From positions 186,001 to 250,000 of the forward strand of contig JAPETS010000036.1 in assembly GCA_026023565.1 (NCBI GenBank): a stretch of 64,000 nucleotides of DNA, written 5' to 3'. The stretch is from Cirrosporium novae-zelandiae. Lineage: Eukaryota. Positions 24,900 to 36,140 of this stretch are shown here, piece by piece. The notes under the pieces are model-generated. The model saw nothing but the letters and a program-made list of their open reading frames with translations. It made no database searches and was not told where the DNA came from. The position numbers and the translations under genes were made by a program. Every line of letters starts with the position of its first letter. Position 1 is the stretch's first letter.

Positions 24900-26540
24900 G
24901 TAGCGGATGTCCTTTTTGGTTTAGTTAGGTAACGAAAGAGTGTGTGTTGTTGTTAGCTTAGACTACATTCTAACAAGTAACACACACTTAGATATAAAAA
25001 CCTTGTTGTTTTATTTTCATTGATCCCTTTAGGGTAGGTATAATTTATTAATTATTACTTTTTTTAGTAATTAATTTGGTTTTTCATTGAGGTAGAGTTA
25101 TTAATTAGAGACCCAGAGCAATGTAGATAGTGGATGAGATTTTTTTTTTCCTATATAGATGAATGAAATTGGAAAAGGGAATGGAGGGGGAAAGAAGAGG
25201 AGAGGGGGGGTTTTGATCATAAGTGTAAATGTAAATACCTCTCCCCTCCTTTTTCTTATATTGTCATTAAATGTTCTATTCCTTCACACTCGTACTTATG
25301 ACCAAATCAAGAAACCAGAACCAGAACCAGAACCATGCATCCCCTTAACGTTACCTTCTCAAACCCTTTATAGCCCTTCGATCCAAAAAACCCCTCCACC
25401 ACCGAAAAAACCACAACCCCCCCCCCTCCCCCCTCCATCCATAAAACGCAACAACTCAACTTAGATTGCTCAACCGTTCTTTATTGTTAGTATTGAAACC
25501 AGACGAGACGAGATTTATGTTTAAGGGCTGTTTCTTGTTCTTATTGTAGTTGAAGAGGAGAAGGAGGAGGAGGGGGGGGGGGGGGCATTTGTTGTATGTA
25601 TGTTGTATGTGCATGTCATCATGGTATGGTGGTGGGGTTTTGGAGTTTTGGGGAGGGTGTGAAACGGTAGGTGTTGTTATTGCTATTATTGTTGAAAAGG
25701 GTATTTGTTCAAAACCTAACCAAGCCGAAGAAGAAGAAGAAACCAAAAATATATAGATAGATGCAAAAACGAGGAGGTAGTAGTAATAATAATGATAAAA
25801 CATCCTCCTCCTCCTCCCCCCTCCCTCTGGTACAAAAAATAAGAGTAAGATCTTACAGTCTTACAGGTATCTAATAGCAATAGCAAACAGATATAAAAAC
25901 CCTCGTTACCTATTTTTTTTTTATTCAAGTTTCCATTTATATATATAATCCAATGACTTTACTTGATTTTGAAACTTTTAAAACTTTTTGATATTAATTA
26001 CTTGTAAAGGCAAGGTAAGGTAAGGTAATTAGGGATTGGAAAGGGAAAGGGAAAGGGGTGTTTTGGTGAGTTAATGGGAAGGGAAAGGGACCTTTATGTG
26101 CCCTTAATTAGACTAATTAGACTAGAGTACAATACTGATATATGACTTGTATGTAATTATGTATTATATTATATTATATCCACCCAGAGACTAACGAATT
26201 GCTAGACGAAAAAAACAATACCGACGAGCTTTATATTCTCATTTATTTCCATATATTTTCATATGTGTTATTTTATTTTTCTTTCTTTAGTGAATGAAGA
26301 ATTCTTGGAAGAAAGCGGGTATCATCATGATGGTATGTTTTATTATACTAACGTTGCATTTTAACCACTTTTTTTCTTTTCTGTGCCTTTTTTATTTTTT
26401 TCTAGATTTCTAGGTGGGGTTGGCTAAGCTAAATGGAAAGCATGGGAAACAAGCAAAAGGGTGGGTGGGTGGTTAGTTGGTTGGGGGGTGTTGTATATGT
26501 GTGTGTTGGGTTTGGTGTGGGTGTAAGTGGGTGCGGTGGT
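24900..26540. repeat. AT-rich low-complexity tract with homopolymer runs and short microsatellites
   Basis: Poly-G/C/T runs, (GAACCA)n, (GAA)n, (AAGGT)n, (GGGAAA)n; the ORFs here are low-complexity artefacts. Confidence 0.7.
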
Positions 26541-26847
26541 TGATAGGTAAGTGAGAATGAGGTCTTTATGTTTTGGATCATATTGGAATGTTTAGTTGTG
26601 TTGAGAGGGGTTATTGTGATATGCTAATAGGTCTTCTACAGTGTATATCAGAAGATGGAAATGATACACCGATAGTGCCTCAAGATAATTAATTGGTTCT
26701 TACACCAGAAGAGGAGAGCGTTAAATTCCCAAAGCCTTCAAGAAAGAAGAAAAAAAAGATATTATATATTTACATGGGGTATATCATTATTATTCCAATA
26801 CAAATTTTTTTCGTTAAACCGAGCAACAGGATTTCCAACCCTCCTAC

Positions 26848-28319
26848 CTAGTGAATTTTGATAGCCAAATCAATAACCTCCGTCTCAACGGACAGCCGTC
26901 TGGGCTGGAACATTGCATCGTCAATTAGTCTTCTCAGACGTCTATGGCCTGAGCACGCCTGGATGAAGGCGTCGATCCGTTGGTGTCGCTCATAGTCGTT
27001 GAGGCGTGTTTGCAGAGCGTCTGGTAGTGTTTTTTCTGATGTCAATTCATCAACACTCCGTTCGATGTCCGCGAATTCCTTTGCCAGGAGAGCGAGAACT
27101 GCAATCCGACATTCTGTTAGGGGGTCGGGGAAGGAGAAAAATAGTGTTTGGAGGCACATTATTTTATCTTGAAGGGTCAGGAGAGCAGAAATTGTAGCAA
27201 ATCTGGATTGGATGAGTAAACTTGTGTGGAGACGCACTGATAAGGGGTGGAAAACATGCGTACGTGGTAGGTGTGCTCTGGGGTATTATTCTTGCTTGGT
27301 AACTATAAGTTATGTTCCAGGGTTCATCATATGACGGAGCAGGGTCATACTTTAGCGATCCTACAGATGGAATAAGTAGTTAGCGAGTTCCTCCATCCAA
27401 TGATGCTAATTAAAATCAAAACGCTTCGAGGGGATTTGAAGGTCAAGTGCTTATAGCATGGGATTTAGGGGGGGGGATGGGGAACGCTCGCTTCCTCACC
27501 TTCAAAATCACTGTGTTCACGATGAAAACTCAGTTTCAAGAGAAGATAGTCGATATAGTTGTTGTTTAGCAGTCTATATTCTATATTCTTGTCAGCATAT
27601 TGCCACCTCAGTCAAAACCTAAATCCACAAAGACCTCATTAAGTCATCATCCAATACGATCACCTCTACTTCTACCCCAATCCCATTTTAAGTACCATCT
27701 ACCTTAAAAGCTGTACATACCTTTGCATTTCAGTCCAGGAAAGACTGGCCTCTCCCTTAACTGAACCAACCATCCTCCTAAGCCATCACATACTTCCCTA
27801 ACCGTACTTGGATGCCCTTCTCGCATCACCGTATGAATTACAATCAAAGCTTTGAATACCATGAGCTCAATACCCAAGTGTTGAGTATAAGCTGTCGAAC
27901 CGGCAAATGCCGAAGCGTTTCCGTACGGGCTAAATGCATCGGCCAGGGATGAGGCCATTGGTACATAAGGCCTTCTCACCGTCGCCTTTTTGAGGATTGA
28001 CCAGAGAGGATGTGGAGCAGGTTCCGTAAATGTACTTAGGATGAGAGCCCGGATATGTTTGCCTGGTTTTTAGTTAACAAGTCTGTAACAAGGATCCGAC
28101 GAGACAAAGGAAGAGGCTGACTTTTTGGCGCATCTTCGTCTATGGTTACAGTCGGATTGTTAGTACAAATATTCTTGGTGGGCTCAAATGTGAGTTAGGA
28201 AGCACACCTGCCCTCATTGCCTTTTCGACGCTGATCCGCAAGTCAGGATGAGTATGGGAGGCATCCTGAGGAGAGTTCGGCCCACTTGAATGTTTGATAT
28301 TGAGATGAAGGATACCCAT
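26848..28319 (-). CDS. Divergent Sla2/End4-like ANTH-domain-only protein (334 aa)
   Basis: Six exons (28319-28208, 28139-28122, 28062-27721, 27580-27500, 27360-27264, 27202-26848) splice to a stop-free 1005-nt CDS. Sla2-like motifs: DLRISVEKA..DEDAPKSKHIR, FKALIVIH..REGHP, YLLLKLSFHREHSDFEG, LLTLQDKI, ECRIAVL. Confidence 0.82.
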
Positions 28320-29733
28320 TCTATCTAGTTAGAGTTGAAATATAGCTTTAGGTTATGCAACGCCTCGTGGTAGATGTTGTGGGGTCAAAAAGGACTTGTG
28401 GGGTAGAATAGCAGTATGGAGAAGCTTAATATCTCTTTTCAACAAGAGGATCAAGAAATTTCAAAACATGACTCTAGGGAGAAAGAGGATCTTGCTGGAT
28501 TTATACGGATTGTCAGAAATGTACGTGCAACGGGGAGCTCCTTGGAAGCTGACACCTGACGAAGCTTTGTTCGGGTGACACAGCTGTGGATATAGGATAG
28601 AGTATAGAGCATCGAGCGATAGCAGACATTCGACTCGTTGAGACATTGAATATGTGCATAGTGTCTATAGGATATCAAGGTTATGGATTCCTCAAGCACT
28701 GGGAAGATGAAGAGGAGGTCGAGGTAGGATAGATTTCCGAAATAGGTTAAGATGGCCGAGGAAAGCGACACCGCACAGTTGCAGGCAGCGCAGTCGTCAC
28801 ATGGTTGAGGAGGACTGGGAGGACATGTTACTTAAAGAAGAAAAAAGGGCAATTGGGGTTTCGTAAAGAATATCCAGCAGACGGTTGCATTCCAGTGGAA
28901 TTGTACAGGGAAACCCATCCGAATTGGCTCAAGAAACTCAACGAAGACACCCAAGGGATACCAAGAACACGAAGAACACCTCAGGAAATGCAACCGAAGT
29001 AACAGTAAACAAGGTATGGCCCCCACTATCAAATGTTATGTGGATCGAGCTTACTCACTTGTGAACGATAACAGTATACGCCTGACCATATTGTCTATGG
29101 TATTATCACATTATCACATTACCTCGAAGACATTCAAACGGGTATTGATGTGCAAGATCAGAAGTTGAAGGGTTGAAACCGTTGAAATCTGTGGAATTTC
29201 TTCTCGCTTAAGCCGGGGAAGTGGGGAAAACTCGGGGGATAATCGGCATAACCTCCATAACATAAACATAACATACACATAACATAATCATAACCGGGGG
29301 GATGAGACAATCCCGGCAATTCAAGTAATAAAGGCATTTGCCGCATCAACCGAGTGCTAATTTCTGACTTCTGGCAAGCGAGCAATCGAGCAATCGAGCA
29401 ATCGAGCAATCTGACAGCTTCTCTCTATTACATTTATCTATCCATCTATCCATCCATCCATCCATCTCTCCTACATCAACTATTTTATGACCACTTTCTA
29501 ACCTTCACCTTTTTTTATAACCTTTATTATCTTGTAGCCTGCTCTATTTTCTGACCATCATGATGCGCTGGTACACCAAGCAAACATGGCCTCTATATAT
29601 TTTCTCTCTCTTTGCGAGTCTTGATTGCTTTGTCTTGAATACTGGACAAAGATCTTTTCATTTTACTCTCTACTGTCATTCAACTCTTTACTACTATCTC
29701 ATTTAAACTGGACCAACCGGGAAAATTATTCTC

Positions 29734-30931
29734 ATGGCTCCCTTCCAAGTCTCCGACATGCCGGACCTGACGGGTTACGTGATTATCGTTACTGGGGGTG
29801 CAATACAATCCATTCATTTCCTGGTACATTCACATATTGACCAGCTTTTCTCCACCAGGAAACTCAGGAATAGGCTATGCAACCACATGTGAGCTCGCTG
29901 TTCGAGGAGCCCGCGTTTACATTGCCAGTCGCTCCGAAGCTCGCGCAAGTGAAGCGATTGACAAGATGCGCAAGTCTACCAAAACATCCCTCGACCTACA
30001 TTTCCTTGAAATAGATCTGCAAGATCTCAAAAGTGTGGGTCGAGCAGCTCAATCGTTCCGAAAGATTGAAACCCGACTCGATATCCTGATCAATAATGCA
30101 GGGGTAAACCTACCACTGGATCATAAAGAATTCTACATCTGCTAACATTAAATGAAGATAATGGCACTGCCTTACAAGCTCACAACAGATGGCTTCGAAT
30201 GCCACTGGCAAGTAAATCATCTTGCGCACCATGCTCTCTTCATGGGTGTCCTGCCGCTCCTTCGATCAACTGCAGCCGCCAGCGGTACCGCAGATCGCGT
30301 TCGGGTTGTAAATGTCAGTAGCGCTGCGGCATTTGCCTGGGGCCCTAAGGATATCAGCTGGGATGATGTCAACATGACAAAATTATCTGGATCGACTGCC
30401 GATTGGTATGTACCGTCTCTTGCCAAAAGTAATGGTAATGTGTAAACCGACTCAATACTTATCCGTCACCACCTAGGCGACGGTACGGCCACTCCAAATT
30501 AGCCAGCATCATGCACGCGCAAGCCATTCACCTACATTATCATAACGAAGGTACATCCGTCTACCCACCTACCTACCCACTAACCTATTCCCCTCAAACC
30601 TAACCCCCTCCCAGGAATATCATCCTACTCCATCTCCCCCGGCGTAATAAAAACGAACCTCCAAGCCGCCAACCCCAACCTCTTCGGTGCCATAATCCGC
30701 TTCGCAACCTCACACCTCCCGGGAATCATGTCCCCAGCAGACGGCGCGCGAACGACGCTCTACTGTGCCACGAGTCCCGCGGCGGCGCAGGATAGCGGGA
30801 AGTACCACGAGCCGTTTGGGGAGGTGAAGAAAAAGGCGGATAAATTTATTGGGGATCGAAAGAGGGTGGAGAGATTGTGGGAATTGTCGAATGAGGAGTT
30901 GAGGAGGTGTGGTGGTGGGTTTGAGGTTTGA
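29734..30931 (+). CDS. Short-chain dehydrogenase/reductase (retinol dehydrogenase/WWOX-like)
   Basis: MPDLTGYVIIVTGG|NSGIG, LDILINNAG, NHLAH, RVVNVSS, YGHSK catalytic YxxxK, PGVIKTNL, GARTTLYCATSP; several short introns. Confidence 0.92.
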
Positions 30932-31255
30932 TGTTCCTGGGTGGTGTTTTTGTTTTTTATAGATATTGTATATTTTGGATCTGTCTTAATAAATAAATAG
31001 AAATGAAACGCTGCAAATAATGCCCAAGGCCTCAACTTATATACTGACTCAGTAGCTGACGGTAGGAATCACTATCCCTTCGTACTCCGGCCTCCCCAGG
31101 TCAAAGGGCCGAGCACCCCAAACCCCAAAATCCGTAGGGCGCAATTACAATTACCGACCTACCTAATCCATCTAAATCCCTGCTCTTGTTCCCGCCAACA
31201 CCCAAAAAGCTCTTCCTGAGAAGGATGATCCAAAATGAATCATCCCTCCGCCAAG

Positions 31256-32170
31256 AATATCTTCACCCGTTTGTACACACATGAACATGCACACGAATAT
31301 GCATGCATGCACACATCCATCTAATCTACCACCCACTTTGCGACCTAGGGCCAGATGCAATAGATGATTCATTCTTCTTCATCCCCCCTCTTCCCCTCAA
31401 TTACCTAGCACGTGCCTAGGCAGATACGAAATCCAAACCCAAGGTCAAGTTATTGATGCAAAACAAAAGGCAAGGATAGCTTCCCTAGTCGACATGGATA
31501 TACATATGTATAGAGAGAGAGGGAGATCTAAGAACTAAGAACTAAGAACCAAGAACTAAGCATGCTACGACTTACGATTAGGACCAGATGCAATACAATA
31601 GATGAAGAAGGATGGATCATTCCAAGTCATCGACGCCAAAAAAAGGAGCCAAGAATGCATTCCCTCGTCGACATAGACATATGCATACACAACACATGCA
31701 CACATCCATCTAATCTACCACCCACCCGTCCGCCGTACGACCTCGCCACCTAAGAACCAAGACCTAAGAACCAAGAACTAAGAACTAAGAACTAAGAACT
31801 AAGCATGCTACTTACTACTGCACCTTGCGATTAGCCCCAGATCCAATAGATGCAATGGATGAGGAAGAATGAATCATCCCCCCCCCCTCGCTTCCCCTAA
31901 ACTACCTGGGTACCTGGGTAGATACGAAATCCAAGCTCAAGTTCAAGTTATTGATGCCGGAAAAAAAAGAGGCAAAGATATCTTCACCCGTCTACTGACA
32001 CGAACATATGCATACGCGAACATATGTATACACGAATATGCATACATCAAATCATCTAATCTACCATCGGTTTGGGAACTAAGAACTAATCACCAAACAA
32101 GCATTCCCACAACCCCTACTTACTACCGTACTTACGATTAGGGTCAGATGCGATAGATGATTCATCCCCC
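31256..32170 (+). repeat. Array of about four degenerate 230-310-nt direct repeats with embedded (AAGAACT)n
   Basis: Shared motifs: CATCTAATCTACCA (~31318, 31708, 32053), AGATACGAAATCCAA (~31422, 31920), CAAGTTATTGATGC (~31446, 31944), TAGnnnCAGATGC/CAGATCC-type motif (~31345, 31579, 31832, 32139). Confidence 0.85.
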
Positions 32171-32832
32171 ATCACCAAATACCACTCCACACTATGCCGT
32201 GCCCATGCCATGCTTATACAACATAGATATCTGGATGATTCATTCTCCTTCATCCCCCATCATAGTTTCATCATCCATAGTACTGCATATGTACCTTACG
32301 TTGTGGGGGAGGAGGATCTTTAGGTTGGTTTCGTATTGTATGTATTGGATGTATAGTATAGGATATGGATATTGTATGGTAGGTATTGTTCGTTATTGGG
32401 GGTTGTACTGGATGTGTGTAGACTATAGGAATTAGCAGTGAGGAACCAGTCAGTTAGCATATTCGCCTGTGCGAGTTTGGTTTCATAATGTGTAATGTGT
32501 AATTCTCGTTCGTGTATGTATATGTCTGTAAATATGTTATACCCCCATCATCATCCCAGATACATCCCCCCTTCCAACACGCTACCACCACCACCATCAG
32601 AAACCATCACCAGGTACATACGTACGTACGTTACGTGCATAGATCCCTAGACTCCATCTCGTGTCCACCAAACTAGAGATCGGGAAATTAAGATGGCATG
32701 GCATGGTATGGTATGATCGGAGTAAGAAAATAGTATATAGCTATAGAAAGTATAGAAAGTATTCTAAGAAACTATAAGAACTAGAAGCTAGAAGAGAGAA
32801 TATAAAACCCCATCACTTTTCCTTTCTTTCTC

Positions 32833-32834
<2 letters not shown>

Positions 32835-32894
<60 letters not shown>
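32835..32894 (+). repeat. Compound microsatellite (AG)n(TG)n
   Basis: Seen directly. Confidence 0.95.
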
Positions 32895-33485
32895 GTTTTT
32901 TCCTTCTTTAGTCTTTGAGGGGCATTGGGGAGATTGTGGGATTAGTGATGGATGGATATAAAATAAAAACCACCAAGTAAGCCAAACCCCCCCCCCCATC
33001 CCCATCCCCATCCCCATCCCTATCCCCACAAACAGACAAAAGCGTGAAATGAAGAAAACCCCCAATTCGAGTAACCTAAGAAAAGAAGAAACAATATCCC
33101 CCCCTTTTTTCTATGCTATGCCTTATTCAAAAAGAAAAACGCAAAGCAGAAGGAAGGGATGGATTTTCTATGAAGGATTTTTTTTTCTCGAGCCGACATC
33201 GTCTGATATTCACACTTTACCTATCTTTGTGATATATATATAAGAATCAAAAGTTTTTTTTTTTTTTTTTGGGTTCTATATGCTAATTGGAAGAGGACTC
33301 ATAGTTTTTTTTCGGGGGGGTTAGTTATGATGGCTGTGGAATGTTTCATTTGAGGACCTTAGGGTTCTGCGACTTATCGGTTGCATTGGAAATTTGATCG
33401 TGTATACTCTAATCCAACAAAAACATGGTTAAAATTAAAATAGGACAAAGCTATATCTCCTCCCTCCCTCCAGCCTTGTTGTCAA

Positions 33486-34376
33486 CTAATCTCCCTTTTC
33501 AAGCAAACCCCTCAACGCCTTAGCCTCGCCTTCCCACCTAGCAGCTTGTACTTTCAACTTGTCACGTTCTTGCTTTATTGTTTCAAGCTCGGATTCAAGT
33601 TCTGCGATTCGGAAAAGTGGCTTCTGACGGTATTTCTGTGCTGCGATTTTATTCCGTTGTCGTTTTCGGATGCGAGGATCCGATGTACTCGTTAAAGAAG
33701 ACGTATTATTGTGAGAACGAGTTGGGGAAGAATGGGTAATAGAGCAGGGGGTAGGTGTCGTAAGTTCTGACGGGTGCTCGGTACTCGGCACATTGCTAGC
33801 ATGGGAGCTTGTCATAGGCCGATTGTTTGTAGAAAGAGGGAGAGAAGATGGATATGTAGGCGCATGTTGGTTGTCATTTGTTGCATTGTTCGAAATGGCA
33901 TCATCCAATAAATAAGAAACAGTTGTTGGAAGTAGCTCGTAATCTTGCTCAGTTGGTTTCTCTATGTAGTCCTCAGCCAAGGGGGTCGCCCCAGATGCTG
34001 TCAATGGCATATCCCCAGGTATATCCCCAGGTATATCAATAGCATAATTGGGTTCAATAGGCTGGGAATTCGTAGTCAAGGAACTTGGCACATAGTTTGG
34101 TATGGAATTTGTGGTTTGTGTTGTCGGAAAGCTTGGGTCAAAGAGAGTGGTGAACGGGACAAAGAAGGATGGCTCGACCTCATAATAAAATGGGTATTGG
34201 AATGCGGAAAGTTGGTTCAATGAGGTAGTATACGGTTGGTTGGAGTCGAAGACGTGATACGCTTGGTCTGAAGAGCAGTGGTTATCTGGGATAGTAGTCG
34301 TTAAATGTCTGCTGGGGGCAGTACTGGAAGATTGAGCAGGTGTAGGCCATGGCTGAATGGTGGGGGATTCAGACAA
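33486..34376 (-). CDS. bZIP transcription factor, JlbA/IDI-4-like
   Basis: S/T/P-rich N-terminus; C-terminal RKRQRNKIAAQKYRQK basic region and leucine zipper IAELESELETIKQERDKLKVQ..EGEAKALRGLL. Confidence 0.85.
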   Translation of the reverse strand: MSESPTIQPWPTPAQSSSTAPSRHLTTTIPDNHCSSDQAYHVFDSNQPYTTSLNQLSAFQYPFYYEVEPSFFVPFTTLFDPSFPTTQTTNSIPNYVPSSLTTNSQPIEPNYAIDIPGDIPGDMPLTASGATPLAEDYIEKPTEQDYELLPTTVSYLLDDAISNNATNDNQHAPTYPSSLPLSTNNRPMTSSHASNVPSTEHPSELTTPTPCSITHSSPTRSHNNTSSLTSTSDPRIRKRQRNKIAAQKYRQKPLFRIAELESELETIKQERDKLKVQAARWEGEAKALRGLLEKGD

Positions 34377-34760
34377 TATATATTCAGAAATGTTAACAAA
34401 TCGCTCAAGAGAGCGGGATCTCGATTATGTTGAATGCTCAGGGCATGCAGTTTTAGTGTAGAGGATCTGTTATGTTTAGGAAAAGATGGTGGGAAAATCA
34501 AGGAGTTGCTGATTTGTCACGTGATAGCCAATCCTCGGTAGCCGAAGGAACTTCTCAGTTTCCACTCATCCAACTCTCTAAATTACCTAGCTATTCAAAT
34601 AATTCTTGACATTTTCTATCTTCTTGACCGTTACGGAACCGCTGTGTTCTGGCCTTTTTTATGGATAGTAGCTACCTGATCACGACTGGCCTTGAGAATG
34701 AGCCTCAAAAGTTTATAAATTTCCATCCCAAAAATAAGAGGATATAAAATATCCAACCAA

Positions 34761-35690
34761 ATGGCCTCAGAATATTTCGAACTTGATCCTGATGGAGATG
34801 TTACTTTGGCTATGCTAAGACAATGCGAGGAAAATGAGGATAAACCTTCGGGGAAATCCAGTCAGAGTGACAAGGCAATAGAAGGCATCAGCAACGACAA
34901 GTCCATCGTGAAAGCTAGAGACGCATCTAAACCGACTGAGGTCAAGATGCTTGTTTCTTCCAAGCATCTACTCCTTGCTTCACCTGTCTTTAAAGCCATG
35001 TTGCACGGGGGAGTCTTTTAGGAAGGTGGGGACCTTAATGATAAGCTCGACGTTGACTTCGATGATTACATTGTCCCTTGGATGTGGATCTCATGGGTCT
35101 TCAAGTTTAGGGATGACTTTCTATCTACTACAAGTTATGCAATGCACCAAAGCAATGGGATATTCGACGTCATAGACTTTCCACTACCACGTTCAATTGT
35201 TGGTTAGTTGAGAACCCTAGCTCCCATCCCCGAGTTGCTAATCTATTGTAGGTTCAATCAACTACGCCCGCGAAGAAGCCTTCCGAAGATTTATTTCGTT
35301 TAGTGTGAATTTGTTACAGTCATATCAGTTCGGTTCAAAAACAATATGCTCTGACGAGTGCGATTCAATGGTCCTAGGTGGCCTAACAAGATGCTTTGCA
35401 GAACTTCACATTCTGGTGACCCCTTCTCCGTATGAAGGCCAAAGCTTTAGCGAGCTCGGATCTCGTCTAAATGCTTGCAAAAAGGTACTTTCATTCTGTT
35501 CCTATGTTAAAGAGCTTGGTCTTCTTGAAAAAAAAAGACAGCAGATGGGAAATTATGACTACCACGATGAAGATCAAAAAGTCAAAGGCGTACCATCAAA
35601 ATGTAGAGACATCAACCTTCTATTAAAAGGCGAGGTGGCCTTCATTTCTGGTAGTCTCGGTGGCCTTCATATCTGGTAGTCTCGGTGGTT
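34761..35690 (+). pseudogene. BTB/POZ-domain protein pseudogene
   Basis: LDPDGDVTL and LVSSKHLLLASPVFKAML BTB motifs; in-frame TAG at 35019-35021, after which the frame continues (WMWISWVF..., then an intron, CSDECDSMVLGGL); central BTB helices appear deleted; 25-nt tandem duplication at ~35634-35688. Confidence 0.78.
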
Positions 35691-36140
35691 TAAGGATAGG
35701 ATCCTTTTCTCTATCGAGTAGGTTCTAAAGCTTGATAAAGCGCATAATCTATCGTCTTGTGCAATCTCTCCAGTCGCGATGGGTAGAGCCTATGGCACAT
35801 ATGCCAGAATGTCTTGAAGCTGTTTCTATTAATTAACTAACGCCAATACATAGGGCCAGTAGTAGAACTGAAAGCTGACTGATAGTAATAGATTTATCCT
35901 TTTATATAGGGAAAGCCACATCGGCCACTCACTCACCTATTTATTTAAAAACCTCTCCAAAACCCGAACTTTGTCTTTGATTATGTTGTTGACGATGCAA
36001 TTAGGCCATGGCTATTGAGGCGGGTAATTCATCCCTCCCCTCCAACAGAGAATCCAGAGACATTACACATTACAGTATAGAAAGCTTTATATGATCTATC
36101 TACATGTACTGCATTAAAGTAAAATTTGTCCTTGCTTATA

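Noticed and set aside
24890..24910. Short hairpin ATCCGCT-CAAGT-AGCGGAT as a Helitron 3' end
   Set aside because: Only a 7-bp stem, no correctly spaced CTRR terminus and no Rep/Hel remnants
31530..31805. Repeat-spacer pattern resembling a CRISPR array
   Set aside because: Eukaryotic context; heptamer microsatellite and degenerate long units, no constant repeat with unique spacers, no cas genes
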